Shown here in pieces: positions 9,936 to 19,855 of a stretch of DNA of 64,000 nucleotides. The stretch lies in NCBI GenBank assembly GCA_947495775.1, contig CANMAQ010000010.1:22693-86692 (forward strand). Direction: 5' to 3'. A program made the position numbers and the translations under genes. Each line of letters opens with the position of its first letter. Position 1 is the stretch's first letter. The notes under the pieces were generated by a model. It worked only from the letters and a program-made list of their open reading frames with translations. It was not told where the DNA came from and made no database searches. This DNA comes from Tamlana algarum (GTDB taxonomy: Bacteria > Bacteroidota > Bacteroidia > Flavobacteriales > Flavobacteriaceae).

Positions 9936-10685
9936 TCACCTAAAACGTTTCAATGTTTTCTTGGTAAATTCGCTTAACACTAATCTGCCACTTACCGCTG
10001 CTCGTTCTGCTAGTAACGCATCCCAATCTTCGGTACCTTGCCAGATTACTTTTTTCATTTCTAATAAAGCTTCAGGATTGTAACTTGCTAGTTTTTCTGC
10101 TAAGGTTTTCACTGCGCTATCAAGAGCTTCAGTAGTTTCAAAAACATCTGCATATAAGCCTTTATCTCTAGCGAATTCCCAAGAAAAAAAAGTTTCGGCA
10201 TCAATAGTCATTTGCGACATGGCTATTTTTCCTATTTTTCGAGATACCGCAGGTTCAATCACAAAAGGCCCAATACCTATACTCAATTCACTAAGACGTA
10301 TCGCCGCATATCTTGTGGCCAGACAATAGTCGGTTGCCGCAGCCAAACCTACACCTCCGCCTACAGTTTTACCTTGCACACGACCAATAATTAATTTAGG
10401 GCATTTACGCATGGCATTAATCACATTTGCAAAACCAGAAAAAAACGCTTTACCCATTTCTTCATTTTCTATAGCTATAACTTCGTTAAAACTGGCTCCT
10501 GCGCAAAATGTTCTGTCACCGCCACTTTGCAATACAATAACTTTTACCGCCTCGTTTTTCCCAGCAGAAACGATTGTATTTTCTAGTTGCGTTAAAACAT
10601 CACTAGGCATAGAGTTTCTATTGGGATGAAAAAACTCAACATACCCTACATTATTCTCAATTTTTAATGTTACATACGGTTCCAT
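9936..10685 (-). CDS. enoyl-CoA hydratase/isomerase family protein
   Basis: FCAGAS, GKTVGGGVGLAAATDY, LSELSIGIGP. Confidence 0.92.
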   Translation of the reverse strand: MEPYVTLKIENNVGYVEFFHPNRNSMPSDVLTQLENTIVSAGKNEAVKVIVLQSGGDRTFCAGASFNEVIAIENEEMGKAFFSGFANVINAMRKCPKLIIGRVQGKTVGGGVGLAAATDYCLATRYAAIRLSELSIGIGPFVIEPAVSRKIGKIAMSQMTIDAETFFSWEFARDKGLYADVFETTEALDSAVKTLAEKLASYNPEALLEMKKVIWQGTEDWDALLAERAAVSGRLVLSEFTKKTLKRFR

Positions 10686-10953
10686 AAAACAATTATTTTT
10701 AAGGGTTGAATATACATAAAAAATGATGCTCTACACACAAAACAGATACAACGCAATAACTTTTCGCGCTAAGAACTTGCCTTTCCAATCGTACTCTAAA
10801 AATGTTTTTAACGTTCCTTCTTTATAAAAAGAGGGTGAACTGAATTATTTTACGCTTTAGCGTTTTTTATAGTAAAGCATCCTACAAAGCACTATTTTCA
10901 CACCGCTAATACAGCTTTTAAGCTTTAATCTATTGTAGTTCTAAACGAGACAC

Positions 10954-11262
10954 ATGCATGTACTTCAATTTTTATTCAAAGGAAATTCTAAAAAAATAAA
11001 AACCTTTGTTAATAGAAACGCGCTGCTTTTAGATGTGCGTACACAAGAAGAGTGGGACGCGGCACATCTAGAAAACGCCATTCATATCCCCTTAAATAAT
11101 CTTAAAGCCCAAATTAATACCGTAATAGCATTAAACAAACCCATTGTCGCCTACTGTAAAAGAGGTGTCCGCTCAGACAGAGCAACTAAGCTGCTAAAAC
11201 AGCATGGTATTGAAGCCATTAATGGTGGTGCCATGACCGATCTACAACGTATTATAAGCTAA
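10954..11262 (+). CDS. single-domain rhodanese
   Basis: LLDVRTQEEW..AHL, active-site loop YCKRGVRS; 3' end overlaps the DUF4230 gene by 11 nt. Confidence 0.9.
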   Translation: MHVLQFLFKGNSKKIKTFVNRNALLLDVRTQEEWDAAHLENAIHIPLNNLKAQINTVIALNKPIVAYCKRGVRSDRATKLLKQHGIEAINGGAMTDLQRIIS

Positions 11263-11866
11263 TCGTTTCTAGACTTTCTGGGCTGTCAATAATATTTGTG
11301 TTGTATTTTAAAGTCCATCCTAAAGAATTCGTTAGGATGTATAATTTAGAAAGCTCACTTATAAGCCTATTTTTGGCATTTGCTTTTAAATCTGAGGCTT
11401 CTATTTTTTTAGCCAAAACGGCTTTTACTTTTTTATTTATAGCATTATAATCATTCGCTCCAAACGGATTTAAGTAATCTGCTTGAATATCATAATACTC
11501 TAAATCTGGATTTATTTTAAGTTCTGCTTCTGGAATCTGCGTTAATGTTAGCGTTTTTTGAACCTCATCGATCTCGTAATTGAGTTTACTCAAATCGTAA
11601 GCTAACGTTACCTCGGCATTGACAACAACTAAAGCTTTTTTTTCAGCAGAAAGCAAATCCCCAAAAACAGCCTTGGAACTCTTATAAGTAAATACTTCGC
11701 TAAAATACCCTTCGGTAACGACCAGTTTACCAACATTATTAATTTGCTTTTGAATAAGGGCTGAACGCTCTAGTAACATGGCCTGTTCATCAGTCTTGTC
11801 TTCACAATGTTTAAATGTAAAGACAATAACAAGTGTTAAAACGGCTCCTAATAATATTTTTCGCAT
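11252..11866 (-). CDS. DUF4230 family protein
   Basis: Start re-called at ATG 11866 (MRKILLGAVL, N-terminal TM); GKLVVTEG, AEVTLAYDLSK. Confidence 0.85.
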   Translation of the reverse strand: MRKILLGAVLTLVIVFTFKHCEDKTDEQAMLLERSALIQKQINNVGKLVVTEGYFSEVFTYKSSKAVFGDLLSAEKKALVVVNAEVTLAYDLSKLNYEIDEVQKTLTLTQIPEAELKINPDLEYYDIQADYLNPFGANDYNAINKKVKAVLAKKIEASDLKANAKNRLISELSKLYILTNSLGWTLKYNTNIIDSPESLETISL

Positions 11867-11952
11867 ACACGAATTTAAACAAAAAAACATTAGTTTCCTT
11901 CGACATAAGAAGTCTAACCAATGCATTTTTTTGCTACTATTTAATAACAGTT

Positions 11953-11960
11953 CAAAGATA
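11953..11960 (-). promoter_or_regulatory. -7 box TATCTTTG for DUF4230
   Basis: CAAAGATA on the + strand. Confidence 0.5.
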
Positions 11961-12206
11961 GATCTATATCCTGGGTCGTATATCACTTAAATGTTAAGCG
12001 ATGTTTAAATCATACAGAGGTCGCTTTCTAAAATATGAAAACGCACCCTCAATTCCTGAAAAACATATTTATCTTAATGTCTGATTTTAAAAAAAACTAA
12101 TAGTTTCAAAAAATCTTTTAGAAGTTCAATACTTATCCTAGGTATTAAATCTCATCCGCTTTACATCATTAATTTTTAACTGTAAGACCTCCCTTTAAAA
12201 TCATAA

Positions 12207-12327
12207 AAGCATCAACCCCTTAATTTTAATTAAGTCATTGATGCTTATTGTTTGAACTGATTAATAGCATTCTAAATGTATACAACAGATCTTGTAAAAA
12301 CATATTTACTCGATTAAATGCTATTAA
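12207..12327. other. two adjacent long stem-loops in a 525-bp intergenic region
   Basis: AAGCATCAA/TTGATGCTT enclosing CTTAATT/AATTAAG (12207-12246); TTAATAGCATT/AATGCTATTAA enclosing TACAA/TTGTA (12261-12327). Confidence 0.6.
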
Positions 12328-12391
12328 AAAATGTTAAAAAGTCGTTAAAAGTGTTGTTTGCCAACATTTTAAATGTTTTGAAATCAGCACT

Positions 12392-13360
12392 TTATCGAAA
12401 CTCAATATTTGGATACGTACGTTGAAGTTCTTGAATTTGAAGCCTTGTCTTTTTTAAAAAGGCTTGATGGGCTTCAGAATCTGGATGAAATGCTTTATGT
12501 TGTAAGCGCTTAAGGAGCGTTGCGATCTTCTTAAGTGTTGTAAGGGTTGCAGGTGTCATCCACACTGTAGTAAAGTGCTCCCAAATATAATCTATTGCTA
12601 ATGCACTTGGGTGTATCATATCCGACGTATAAAAGCGGTAATCACGCAATTCGTCCATCATGATTTCATAGGCTGGAAAATAATGAAGCTGCGAGGGGTT
12701 CTCTTTTTCTACAAGGTTTATAGTCTCATGAATTGCAGTAATTAAATGTGATTTACTTCTTGTATTTTCTATAAAACCATCTTTTAAATGCCGCACAGGC
12801 GATACTGTAAATATAATGGTAGCCTTTGGATTGATACCATGAATTAAAGCCACACAGCGCTTTAAACTCTCTCCTATAGCAGCTACCGGCAATAGTTTTT
12901 TTTGAAATGCGCTTTGAGGCACTTTATGACAATTCGCGACAACAGCCTGAGAGTCCAGATGCTGATATACCCATGCTGTTCCAAGAGTTATGGTAACGTG
13001 TGTCGCGTTTAGTAACGCATCTCGTGTGGTCTGTAACGCTGCGTTTAAATGGGCTAAAAGTGTTGCCTTAGAACTATTACTATGTACTGAATGTGCTTTA
13101 AAACTATGCCATTGCTCATGATGCTGAAACACATCTTTAGAGTTATATATTACATTTCCAACAGCATCTGCTATAAGCGTTTCTATCGCTTTGGGATGAA
13201 ACAAAATACCCATAGGGTTTCGTGTTGTTACAAACTTAAAGGCCTCTAGTTTTCCGCCAATATGATCGGAAAAACAAGAGCCAATAGTGACCAATTTAGA
13301 ATTGTAATCAATACAGTTATGAGACTGTTGTTCTAAAGGAATTTTAGTTTGTAATATCAT
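12392..13360 (-). CDS. GSCFA domain-containing protein
   Basis: Signature IGSCFS, ITLGTAWVY, VANCHKVP, TVSPVRH, YFPAYEIMMDELRDYRFY. Confidence 0.93.
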   Translation of the reverse strand: MILQTKIPLEQQSHNCIDYNSKLVTIGSCFSDHIGGKLEAFKFVTTRNPMGILFHPKAIETLIADAVGNVIYNSKDVFQHHEQWHSFKAHSVHSNSSKATLLAHLNAALQTTRDALLNATHVTITLGTAWVYQHLDSQAVVANCHKVPQSAFQKKLLPVAAIGESLKRCVALIHGINPKATIIFTVSPVRHLKDGFIENTRSKSHLITAIHETINLVEKENPSQLHYFPAYEIMMDELRDYRFYTSDMIHPSALAIDYIWEHFTTVWMTPATLTTLKKIATLLKRLQHKAFHPDSEAHQAFLKKTRLQIQELQRTYPNIEFR

Positions 13361-13462
13361 ATCTTAAATCCAATTACTTACACAGGTTAGGGTATACACA
13401 CCATTATAATTGATAATGGCACAGGTTTTAAAGCTTTCTTAGATGCATTCAAATTAAAACTT

Positions 13463-13505
13463 AAAATGGAATAACCCGTAGTTTAACTACCTGTTATTCC
13501 ATTTT
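13463..13505 (-). terminator. alaS terminator
   Basis: AAAATGGAATAAC / GTTATTCCATTTT 13-bp stem. Confidence 0.7.
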
Positions 13506-13542
13506 TTTTAGCATGCTGCACTAAACAGTTAACGCCTTAGTA

Positions 13543-16155
13543 TTATTGAATGTAGTGTTCTGCTTCTATTAGGGCTTTCGCAATACCTTCTGGGTTCTTT
13601 CCTCCAGCAGTAGCAAAGAACGGCTGGCCACCGCCACCTCCTTGGATGAACTTGCCTAATTCTCGAACCACCTGCCCTGCATTTAGGCCTCTATCTTCTA
13701 CTAAACCTTTAGAAATATAACAGGACAATAATGCTTTTCCATTTTGCTCTGTGGCTAATAAAAGAAAAAGGGTATCAAACTGACCTCCCAGTTCGAAGGC
13801 CACATCTTTTAAGCCCGCAGCATCTAAATCTAACGTTTTGGCTAAAAAATGTACGCCATTAATAACACGTAACTCTTCTTTAAGAGCTCCCTTTACATGT
13901 TGGGCTTTTTCCTTAAGAAGTCCCTCTATTTGTTTTTTAAGCGTGCTGTTTTCTTCTTGTAAGCTCTGTAAGGCCTTTACAGGTGTTTTTACATTATTTA
14001 ATAACGCTTTCATTTCGAAAAACGCTTCGTTATTCTGATGGTAAAAATCCTTAACAGCATCGTTTGTAATGGCTTCTATACGTCTAATTCCAGAGGCTAC
14101 TGCGCCTTCTGATATGATTTTAAAATGCCATATATCTGCCGTATTATCAACATGGGTCCCTCCACATAATTCAATAGAATTCCCAAATCGAATGGCACGT
14201 ACTGTATCTCCGTATTTTTCACCAAACAGGCTCATTGCTCCTTCTGCTATAGCCGCTTCTTTAGGCATATTGCGCTTTTCTACCAAAGGCAACTTCCCTT
14301 CTATACGTCTGTTTACAAAATCTTCTACATCTCGTAGGGCTTCATCTGTTAATTTAGAAAAATGAGAAAAATCAAAACGCAAATACTTAGAATGTACTGC
14401 ACTTCCTTTTTGCTCAACATGCGTACCGAGTACTTCCCGTAATGCTTGATGCAATAAGTGTGTTGCGGTATGGTTACATTCTGTTCTAAAACGTTGTTTC
14501 GCATCCACAACCGCTTTAAATGATACCTTTAAATCTTTAGGTAAATTCTTAGTAAAATGAATGATTACATTACTCTCCTTTTTGGTATCTAAAATATAAA
14601 CCACATCACCTTGAGGCGTTTCTAAATACCCTTTATCTCCAACTTGTCCTCCACCTTCGGGGTAAAACGGTGTGTTATTAAACACCAACTGGTACATTTC
14701 CCCATCTTTTTTCGTCGTTACCTTTCTATAGCGGGTTAACGTTACTTCAGCTTCTAGCGTATCATAACCTACAAATTGCTCTTCGGCATTTTCTACTAAA
14801 AATGTCCAATCGTCTGTAGACGAAGCACTGGCAGCTTTAGAACGGTCTTTTTGCTTTTGCAGTTCTATTTCAAATCCTTCTTCATCCAATTGAAGGCCTT
14901 TTTCAGAAAGAATGAGTGCCGTAAGATCTTTAGGAAAACCATATGTATCATACAATTCGAAAGCCTTTTCTCCAGAAACAGTAGTGCCCTTGGTAGCTTC
15001 TATAATACCATCTAAAAGCACCAAACCTTGATCTAAGGTTCTTAAAAATGAATTTTCTTCTTCCTTAATAACATTCTCTATCAATTGTTTCTGTGCGATC
15101 AGCTCTGGAAAAGCTGTTCCCATTTGTGTACTCAACACATCTACCAACCTGTAGATAAATGCTTCTTTTTTATTTAAAAACGTAAAGCCATAACGTACCG
15201 CTCTGCGTAAAATTCTACGAATTACATACCCTGCACCTGTATTACTTGGTAGCTGTCCATCGGCAATAGAAAATGCTACGGCGCGCACATGATCGGCGAT
15301 AACACGAACGGCGATATCTACTTTATCTTCACGACCATACTTGGTACTGGTAATTGTTTCTATTTCACGAATAATAGGAGTAAATACATCGGTATCGTAA
15401 TTAGACTTTACGTCTTGCAATACCATACACAAACGTTCAAAGCCCATACCAGTATCAATATGCTTATTAGGCAATACTTCTAAACTGCCATTCGCTTTTC
15501 TATTGTACTGCATGAACACCAAGTTCCAAATTTCAACAACTTGTGGATGATCCATGTTCACTAAATCCTTTCCTGGAACCTTAGCTTTTTCTTCTGCAGA
15601 ACGAATATCTACATGTATTTCACTACAAGGACCACAAGGACCTTGTTCTCCCATTTCCCAAAAATTATCCTTTTTATCACCTTTTAAAATACGATCTTCA
15701 GAGATATGTGCTTTCCAAAAATCGTAAGCTTCGGTATCCATATCTAAGCCATCATCGGTGCTACCTTCAAAAACGGTAACATACAAAATGTCCTTATCTA
15801 TACCATAAACCTCTGTTAGTAATTCCCAAGCCCAAGCAATAGCCTCTTTCTTAAAATAATCTCCAAAACTCCAGTTGCCCAGCATTTCAAATAAGGTATG
15901 ATGATAGGTATCGTAACCTACTTCCTCTAAATCATTATGTTTTCCTGAAACGCGTAAACATTTTTGCGTATCAGAAATTCTATTGTTTTTTGGTCTGGAA
16001 TTCCCTAAAAAGTATTCTTTAAATGGAGCCATTCCTGAGTTTACAAACATTAGGGTAGGATCATCTTTTAAAACCATAGGTGCAGATGGAACTATACTGT
16101 GTTTTTTACCCTCAAAAAAACTTAAAAACGTAGACCTTACTTCTTGAGATTTCAT
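13543..16155 (-). CDS. alaS: alanine--tRNA ligase
   Basis: [33 protein letters not shown], editing HTATHLLH and ELCGGTH, C-terminal GGGGG. Confidence 0.98.
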   Translation of the reverse strand: MKSQEVRSTFLSFFEGKKHSIVPSAPMVLKDDPTLMFVNSGMAPFKEYFLGNSRPKNNRISDTQKCLRVSGKHNDLEEVGYDTYHHTLFEMLGNWSFGDYFKKEAIAWAWELLTEVYGIDKDILYVTVFEGSTDDGLDMDTEAYDFWKAHISEDRILKGDKKDNFWEMGEQGPCGPCSEIHVDIRSAEEKAKVPGKDLVNMDHPQVVEIWNLVFMQYNRKANGSLEVLPNKHIDTGMGFERLCMVLQDVKSNYDTDVFTPIIREIETITSTKYGREDKVDIAVRVIADHVRAVAFSIADGQLPSNTGAGYVIRRILRRAVRYGFTFLNKKEAFIYRLVDVLSTQMGTAFPELIAQKQLIENVIKEEENSFLRTLDQGLVLLDGIIEATKGTTVSGEKAFELYDTYGFPKDLTALILSEKGLQLDEEGFEIELQKQKDRSKAASASSTDDWTFLVENAEEQFVGYDTLEAEVTLTRYRKVTTKKDGEMYQLVFNNTPFYPEGGGQVGDKGYLETPQGDVVYILDTKKESNVIIHFTKNLPKDLKVSFKAVVDAKQRFRTECNHTATHLLHQALREVLGTHVEQKGSAVHSKYLRFDFSHFSKLTDEALRDVEDFVNRRIEGKLPLVEKRNMPKEAAIAEGAMSLFGEKYGDTVRAIRFGNSIELCGGTHVDNTADIWHFKIISEGAVASGIRRIEAITNDAVKDFYHQNNEAFFEMKALLNNVKTPVKALQSLQEENSTLKKQIEGLLKEKAQHVKGALKEELRVINGVHFLAKTLDLDAAGLKDVAFELGGQFDTLFLLLATEQNGKALLSCYISKGLVEDRGLNAGQVVRELGKFIQGGGGGQPFFATAGGKNPEGIAKALIEAEHYIQ

Positions 16156-16526
16156 GTAGCTAATTGTGCGCTTTAACGTTAAACTCTAAAACTATCTTAC
16201 AGGTTTCCTATCACTGCAGGCTTCAATTTCAAATTACTTTTTAACTTTTTAAAGGGACAACGTGTACAACACAACCTTAAAAAAGCCTTTTGAAGCAACA
16301 AAACATTAGGTTTTACTGTAATCAAAACAACTTAAACCAATTCATTTACAAAACAATTTTTATCTTTACTCGCTAAGTTATCATCGAACTTTGGTAGAGA
16401 TAGCTCTATTTTAATACTGGTATTGTTGTATAACACCAATACTATATGAATAGTATTTATCGTTTAAGTTTAGAAATAACGGATTTCTATTAAATTATAA
16501 GCTGCAAAAATAGCATATTTTAAGTA

Positions 16527-17498
16527 ATGAGTAAGGTAAAATATTATTACGATCCAGAAACGTTATCGTATCGAAAAATAGAACGTAAAAAACGTGACAC
16601 TGCAAAGTACGTTATCGTCTTTCTTCTCGCTGCGGCATTATTCTCTTTTTTGTTTGTTTTTATTACGGGACATTATTTTGAATCTCCAAAAGAAAAAGCC
16701 TTAAAACGTGAATTGTCTAATATGGAGTTGCAATTTGATTTGTTGAATAAAAAAATGACTGAAGCCGAAACGGTTTTAGCCAATATTGAGGACCGCGATA
16801 ATAACATATACCGAGTATATTTTGAAGCTAATCCCATTCCTGAAGAACAAAGACGTGCTGGTTTTGGAGGCATCAATCGTTATAAAAACTTAGAGGGCTA
16901 TGACAACTCTTCATTGATTGTAGAAACCAGTAAACGCTTAGATGTTTTACAGAAACAAATCGTAGTACAATCTAAATCCTTAGATGAGATTGCAATTTTA
17001 GCAGAAGAGAAGGAAAAATTGCTTGCTGCTATCCCTGCTATTCAACCTGTAAGCAATGAAGATTTAACACGTATGGCTTCTGGGTATGGTATGCGATCAG
17101 ATCCTTTTACAAAGGCCAGAAAGATGCACTGGGGTATGGATTTTACGGCGCCTAGAGGGTCTGCTGTTTATGCGAGTGGCGATGGCGTTGTAGTACGTGC
17201 AGACTCTGGATCTAGCGGGTATGGGAAACACATACGCATAGATCATGGTTTTGGTTATGTAAGCCTATATGCCCATTTGTATAAATATAAAGTTAAGAAA
17301 AATCAAAAAGTAAGACGAGGCGATTTAATTGGGCTTGTTGGCAGTACTGGGCGCTCGCAAGGCCCTCACCTTCATTATGAAATCTTTAAAGACGGTAACC
17401 GCATTAACCCTATTAACTTTTACTACGGTAGTTTAACGGCTGAAGAATTCAACAAACTATTACAACACGCGTCTTTAGAAAATCAATCTCTGGATTAA
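16527..17498 (+). CDS. M23 family metalloendopeptidase
   Basis: N-terminal TM, coiled coil, HWGMDF (HxxxD), YAHL, GPHLHYE. Confidence 0.93.
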   Translation: MSKVKYYYDPETLSYRKIERKKRDTAKYVIVFLLAAALFSFLFVFITGHYFESPKEKALKRELSNMELQFDLLNKKMTEAETVLANIEDRDNNIYRVYFEANPIPEEQRRAGFGGINRYKNLEGYDNSSLIVETSKRLDVLQKQIVVQSKSLDEIAILAEEKEKLLAAIPAIQPVSNEDLTRMASGYGMRSDPFTKARKMHWGMDFTAPRGSAVYASGDGVVVRADSGSSGYGKHIRIDHGFGYVSLYAHLYKYKVKKNQKVRRGDLIGLVGSTGRSQGPHLHYEIFKDGNRINPINFYYGSLTAEEFNKLLQHASLENQSLD

Positions 17499-17827
17499 TG
17501 CAAATAGACCTACCCGAAAAACGATATTATGCTATTGGCGAAGTTGCCAAAGCTTTTGGCGTAAACGCTTCTCTAATTCGGTTTTGGGAAAAGGAATTTG
17601 ATGTTTTAAAACCTAAAAAGAACGCTAAAGGCAATCGAAAGTTTACCCCCGAAGATATTAAGCACCTAAAGTTTATATACCATCTCGTTAAAGAGCGTGG
17701 TTTTACATTAGAAGGTGCTAAGCTGCATTTAAAAGAAGAAAAAAAAGAAGCTTTAAGTAATTTTGAAATTATCAATAAATTAGAGGATATTAAAAATCAG
17801 CTGCTTAAAATTAAAGCACAGCTCTAA
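17498..17827 (+). CDS. MerR-family transcriptional regulator
   Basis: YAIGEVAKAFGVNASLIRFWE, GNRKF. Confidence 0.92.
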   Translation: MQIDLPEKRYYAIGEVAKAFGVNASLIRFWEKEFDVLKPKKNAKGNRKFTPEDIKHLKFIYHLVKERGFTLEGAKLHLKEEKKEALSNFEIINKLEDIKNQLLKIKAQL

Positions 17828-17902
17828 TTCTGAATTTTATAGTAACTTTTATAAAAAAATAGAGTCTAAATATATACATCAACTTAATAACACACTAAAA
17901 TC

Positions 17903-18499
17903 ATGAAGAAATTTTTACCATGGATTGTTATAGGAATCCTAGCTATCGGTCTTTATTCTTGGGGAAAAGGCTTTAACAATACGGCAGTAAATTATAAAGA
18001 AACGGCATCAAAAACATGGGCCAATGTAGAAAGTAGCTATCAACGTAGAAACGACCTTATTGGCAATCTTGTTAAAACGGTACAAGGCGCAGCAGATTTT
18101 GAAAGAGGAACTTTAAAGGATGTTATAGAAACTAGAGCCAAAGCGACATCTATGAATATTGACCCCTCTAATCTTTCTCAAGAACAACTGGCTAAATTTA
18201 GTGAAGTACAGAGTGGTTTATCCGGAGCATTAAAAAGTTTATTAGTAACTGTAGAACGTTATCCAGATTTAAAAGCAAATCAGAATTTTTTAGAATTGCA
18301 AAGCCAAATTGAAGGGACTGAAAACAGAATTAATGTTGCTAGAGATCGTTTTAACGAAACCGTAGAGCCCTACAATAAGCACATCAAAACATTTCCTAAC
18401 TCTTTATTGGCTGGTCTTTTCAATTTTGAAAGCATGAGTTATTTCAAAGCTGAATCTGGCGCTGAAAAAGCACCTGACGTTAATTTCGATTTTAAATAA
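17903..18499 (+). CDS. lemA: LemA family protein
   Basis: YQRRNDLIGNLV, ERYPDLKANQNFL, ENRI.VAR.RFN. Confidence 0.93.
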   Translation: MKKFLPWIVIGILAIGLYSWGKGFNNTAVNYKETASKTWANVESSYQRRNDLIGNLVKTVQGAADFERGTLKDVIETRAKATSMNIDPSNLSQEQLAKFSEVQSGLSGALKSLLVTVERYPDLKANQNFLELQSQIEGTENRINVARDRFNETVEPYNKHIKTFPNSLLAGLFNFESMSYFKAESGAEKAPDVNFDFK

Positions 18500-18516
18500 A
18501 ATAGCATACCTCTTAT

Positions 18517-18954
18517 ATGGCGAGTATTGAAAAATTCTTATCTTCTACCGAAGAACAAGCTATTGTAGAAGCGATTCGCTTGGCAGAGTTGGACACCTCT
18601 GGCGAAATTCGTGTACACATAGAGAACACCTTTAAAGGCGATGTTACACATCGCGCTTTAGAGGTCTTTCATATGCTTAAAATGGACAATACCAGACTAA
18701 GAAATGCAGTCCTTATTTACGTTGCTGTAGAAGATAAAACGTTTGCTATTTATGGTGACAAAGGTATAAACACTGTTGTCGCTGATAATTTTTGGGATGC
18801 TATCAAGGAAGAAATACTATTTTATTTTAAGACAGGAGATTTTAAACAAGGGCTTGTCGAGGGGATAACTAAAGCGGGGGCTGCGCTTAAATCGTATTTC
18901 CCTTATACTGATGATGATACTAACGAGTTGACTAATGAAATTTCTAAGGGCTAA
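18517..18954 (+). CDS. stand-alone TPM domain protein
   Basis: AELDTSGEIRVHIE, RNAVLIYVA, IYGDKGI. Confidence 0.9.
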   Translation: MASIEKFLSSTEEQAIVEAIRLAELDTSGEIRVHIENTFKGDVTHRALEVFHMLKMDNTRLRNAVLIYVAVEDKTFAIYGDKGINTVVADNFWDAIKEEILFYFKTGDFKQGLVEGITKAGAALKSYFPYTDDDTNELTNEISKG

Positions 18955-19822
18955 GATGTTAAGTACACGGTATTCTTTTTATAAATTACACATTGCAAGT
19001 TGTTTTAAAGACAGCTTAACACCTGTTTTATTAGGCATGGTATTGCTCATTTATGGCTTTTCGCATGCACAATACAATATCCCTAAAAAGCCAAAATTAC
19101 AAACAAGTGTCTATGATGAGGTGCAACTTTTATCGGCATCTCAAAATAAAAGTTTAGAACAAAAACTTTTAAACTATGCCGATTCTACCTCTACCCAAAT
19201 TGTAGTTGCCATTATAAGCTCTACGCAAGGCGAAAACATCAATTATTTGGGAGCCCAATGGGGACAAGCTTGGGGTATCGGCCAAGCTAAGGAGGATAAT
19301 GGCATCTTAATTTTATTAGCCAAAAATGACCGTAAAATTGCTATCAACACGGGATATGGTGTAGAACACCTATTAACAGACGCGCTCTCTAAACGCATCA
19401 TTACCAGAGATATCATTCCGTTCTTTAAACAGAATAATTATTATGGCGGATTGAACAATGGTATCAACTCCATTTTCAAAGTCATGAATGGGGAATATAA
19501 GGCGAAGCGCAAACCTAAAGCGCGCAACGAGTTTCCTATTGGCCTTATCTTCCTTCTTGTATTTATATTTATCATCATTTTAGTTTCTATTTCTAAAAAT
19601 AAACGCGGCGGCGGCGGACGTAATGGGGGCCGCAGGTCTAACTCTTCAGATATTCTCGAAGCTATTATATTAAGTGGCATGGGGCGCGGTAGTTATAACC
19701 GTGGTTCTTCTAGGGGCTGGGGTTCTGGTGGTGGTTGGTCTTCTGGTGGTAGTGGCGGTGGCTTTAGTGGTGGTTTCGGCGGCGGAGGTTTCGGCGGCGG
19801 CGGTGCTTCTGGAAGTTGGTGA
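18935..19822 (+). CDS. TPM domain membrane protein (YgcG-like) with Gly-rich tail; start uncertain
   Basis: TSTQIVVA, WGIGQAKEDNGILIL, TGYGVE, TM helix, GGGFGGGGASGSW terminus. Confidence 0.9.
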   Translation: MKFLRAKMLSTRYSFYKLHIASCFKDSLTPVLLGMVLLIYGFSHAQYNIPKKPKLQTSVYDEVQLLSASQNKSLEQKLLNYADSTSTQIVVAIISSTQGENINYLGAQWGQAWGIGQAKEDNGILILLAKNDRKIAINTGYGVEHLLTDALSKRIITRDIIPFFKQNNYYGGLNNGINSIFKVMNGEYKAKRKPKARNEFPIGLIFLLVFIFIIILVSISKNKRGGGGRNGGRRSNSSDILEAIILSGMGRGSYNRGSSRGWGSGGGWSSGGSGGGFSGGFGGGGFGGGGASGSW

Positions 19823-19855
19823 TTTGTCAACTTATTTTATGAACTAGCACATAAC

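Noticed and set aside
16156-16526. T-box or other riboswitch upstream of alaS
   Set aside because: No T-box consensus or antiterminator/terminator pair is visible, and T-boxes are not expected in Bacteroidota.
19600-19822. GGC/GGT-rich repeats and other short tandem repeats (also 30520-30580 and 37226-37266)
   Set aside because: Explained by coding for the Gly-rich TPM tail, the collagen-like triplets and the ETP linker.
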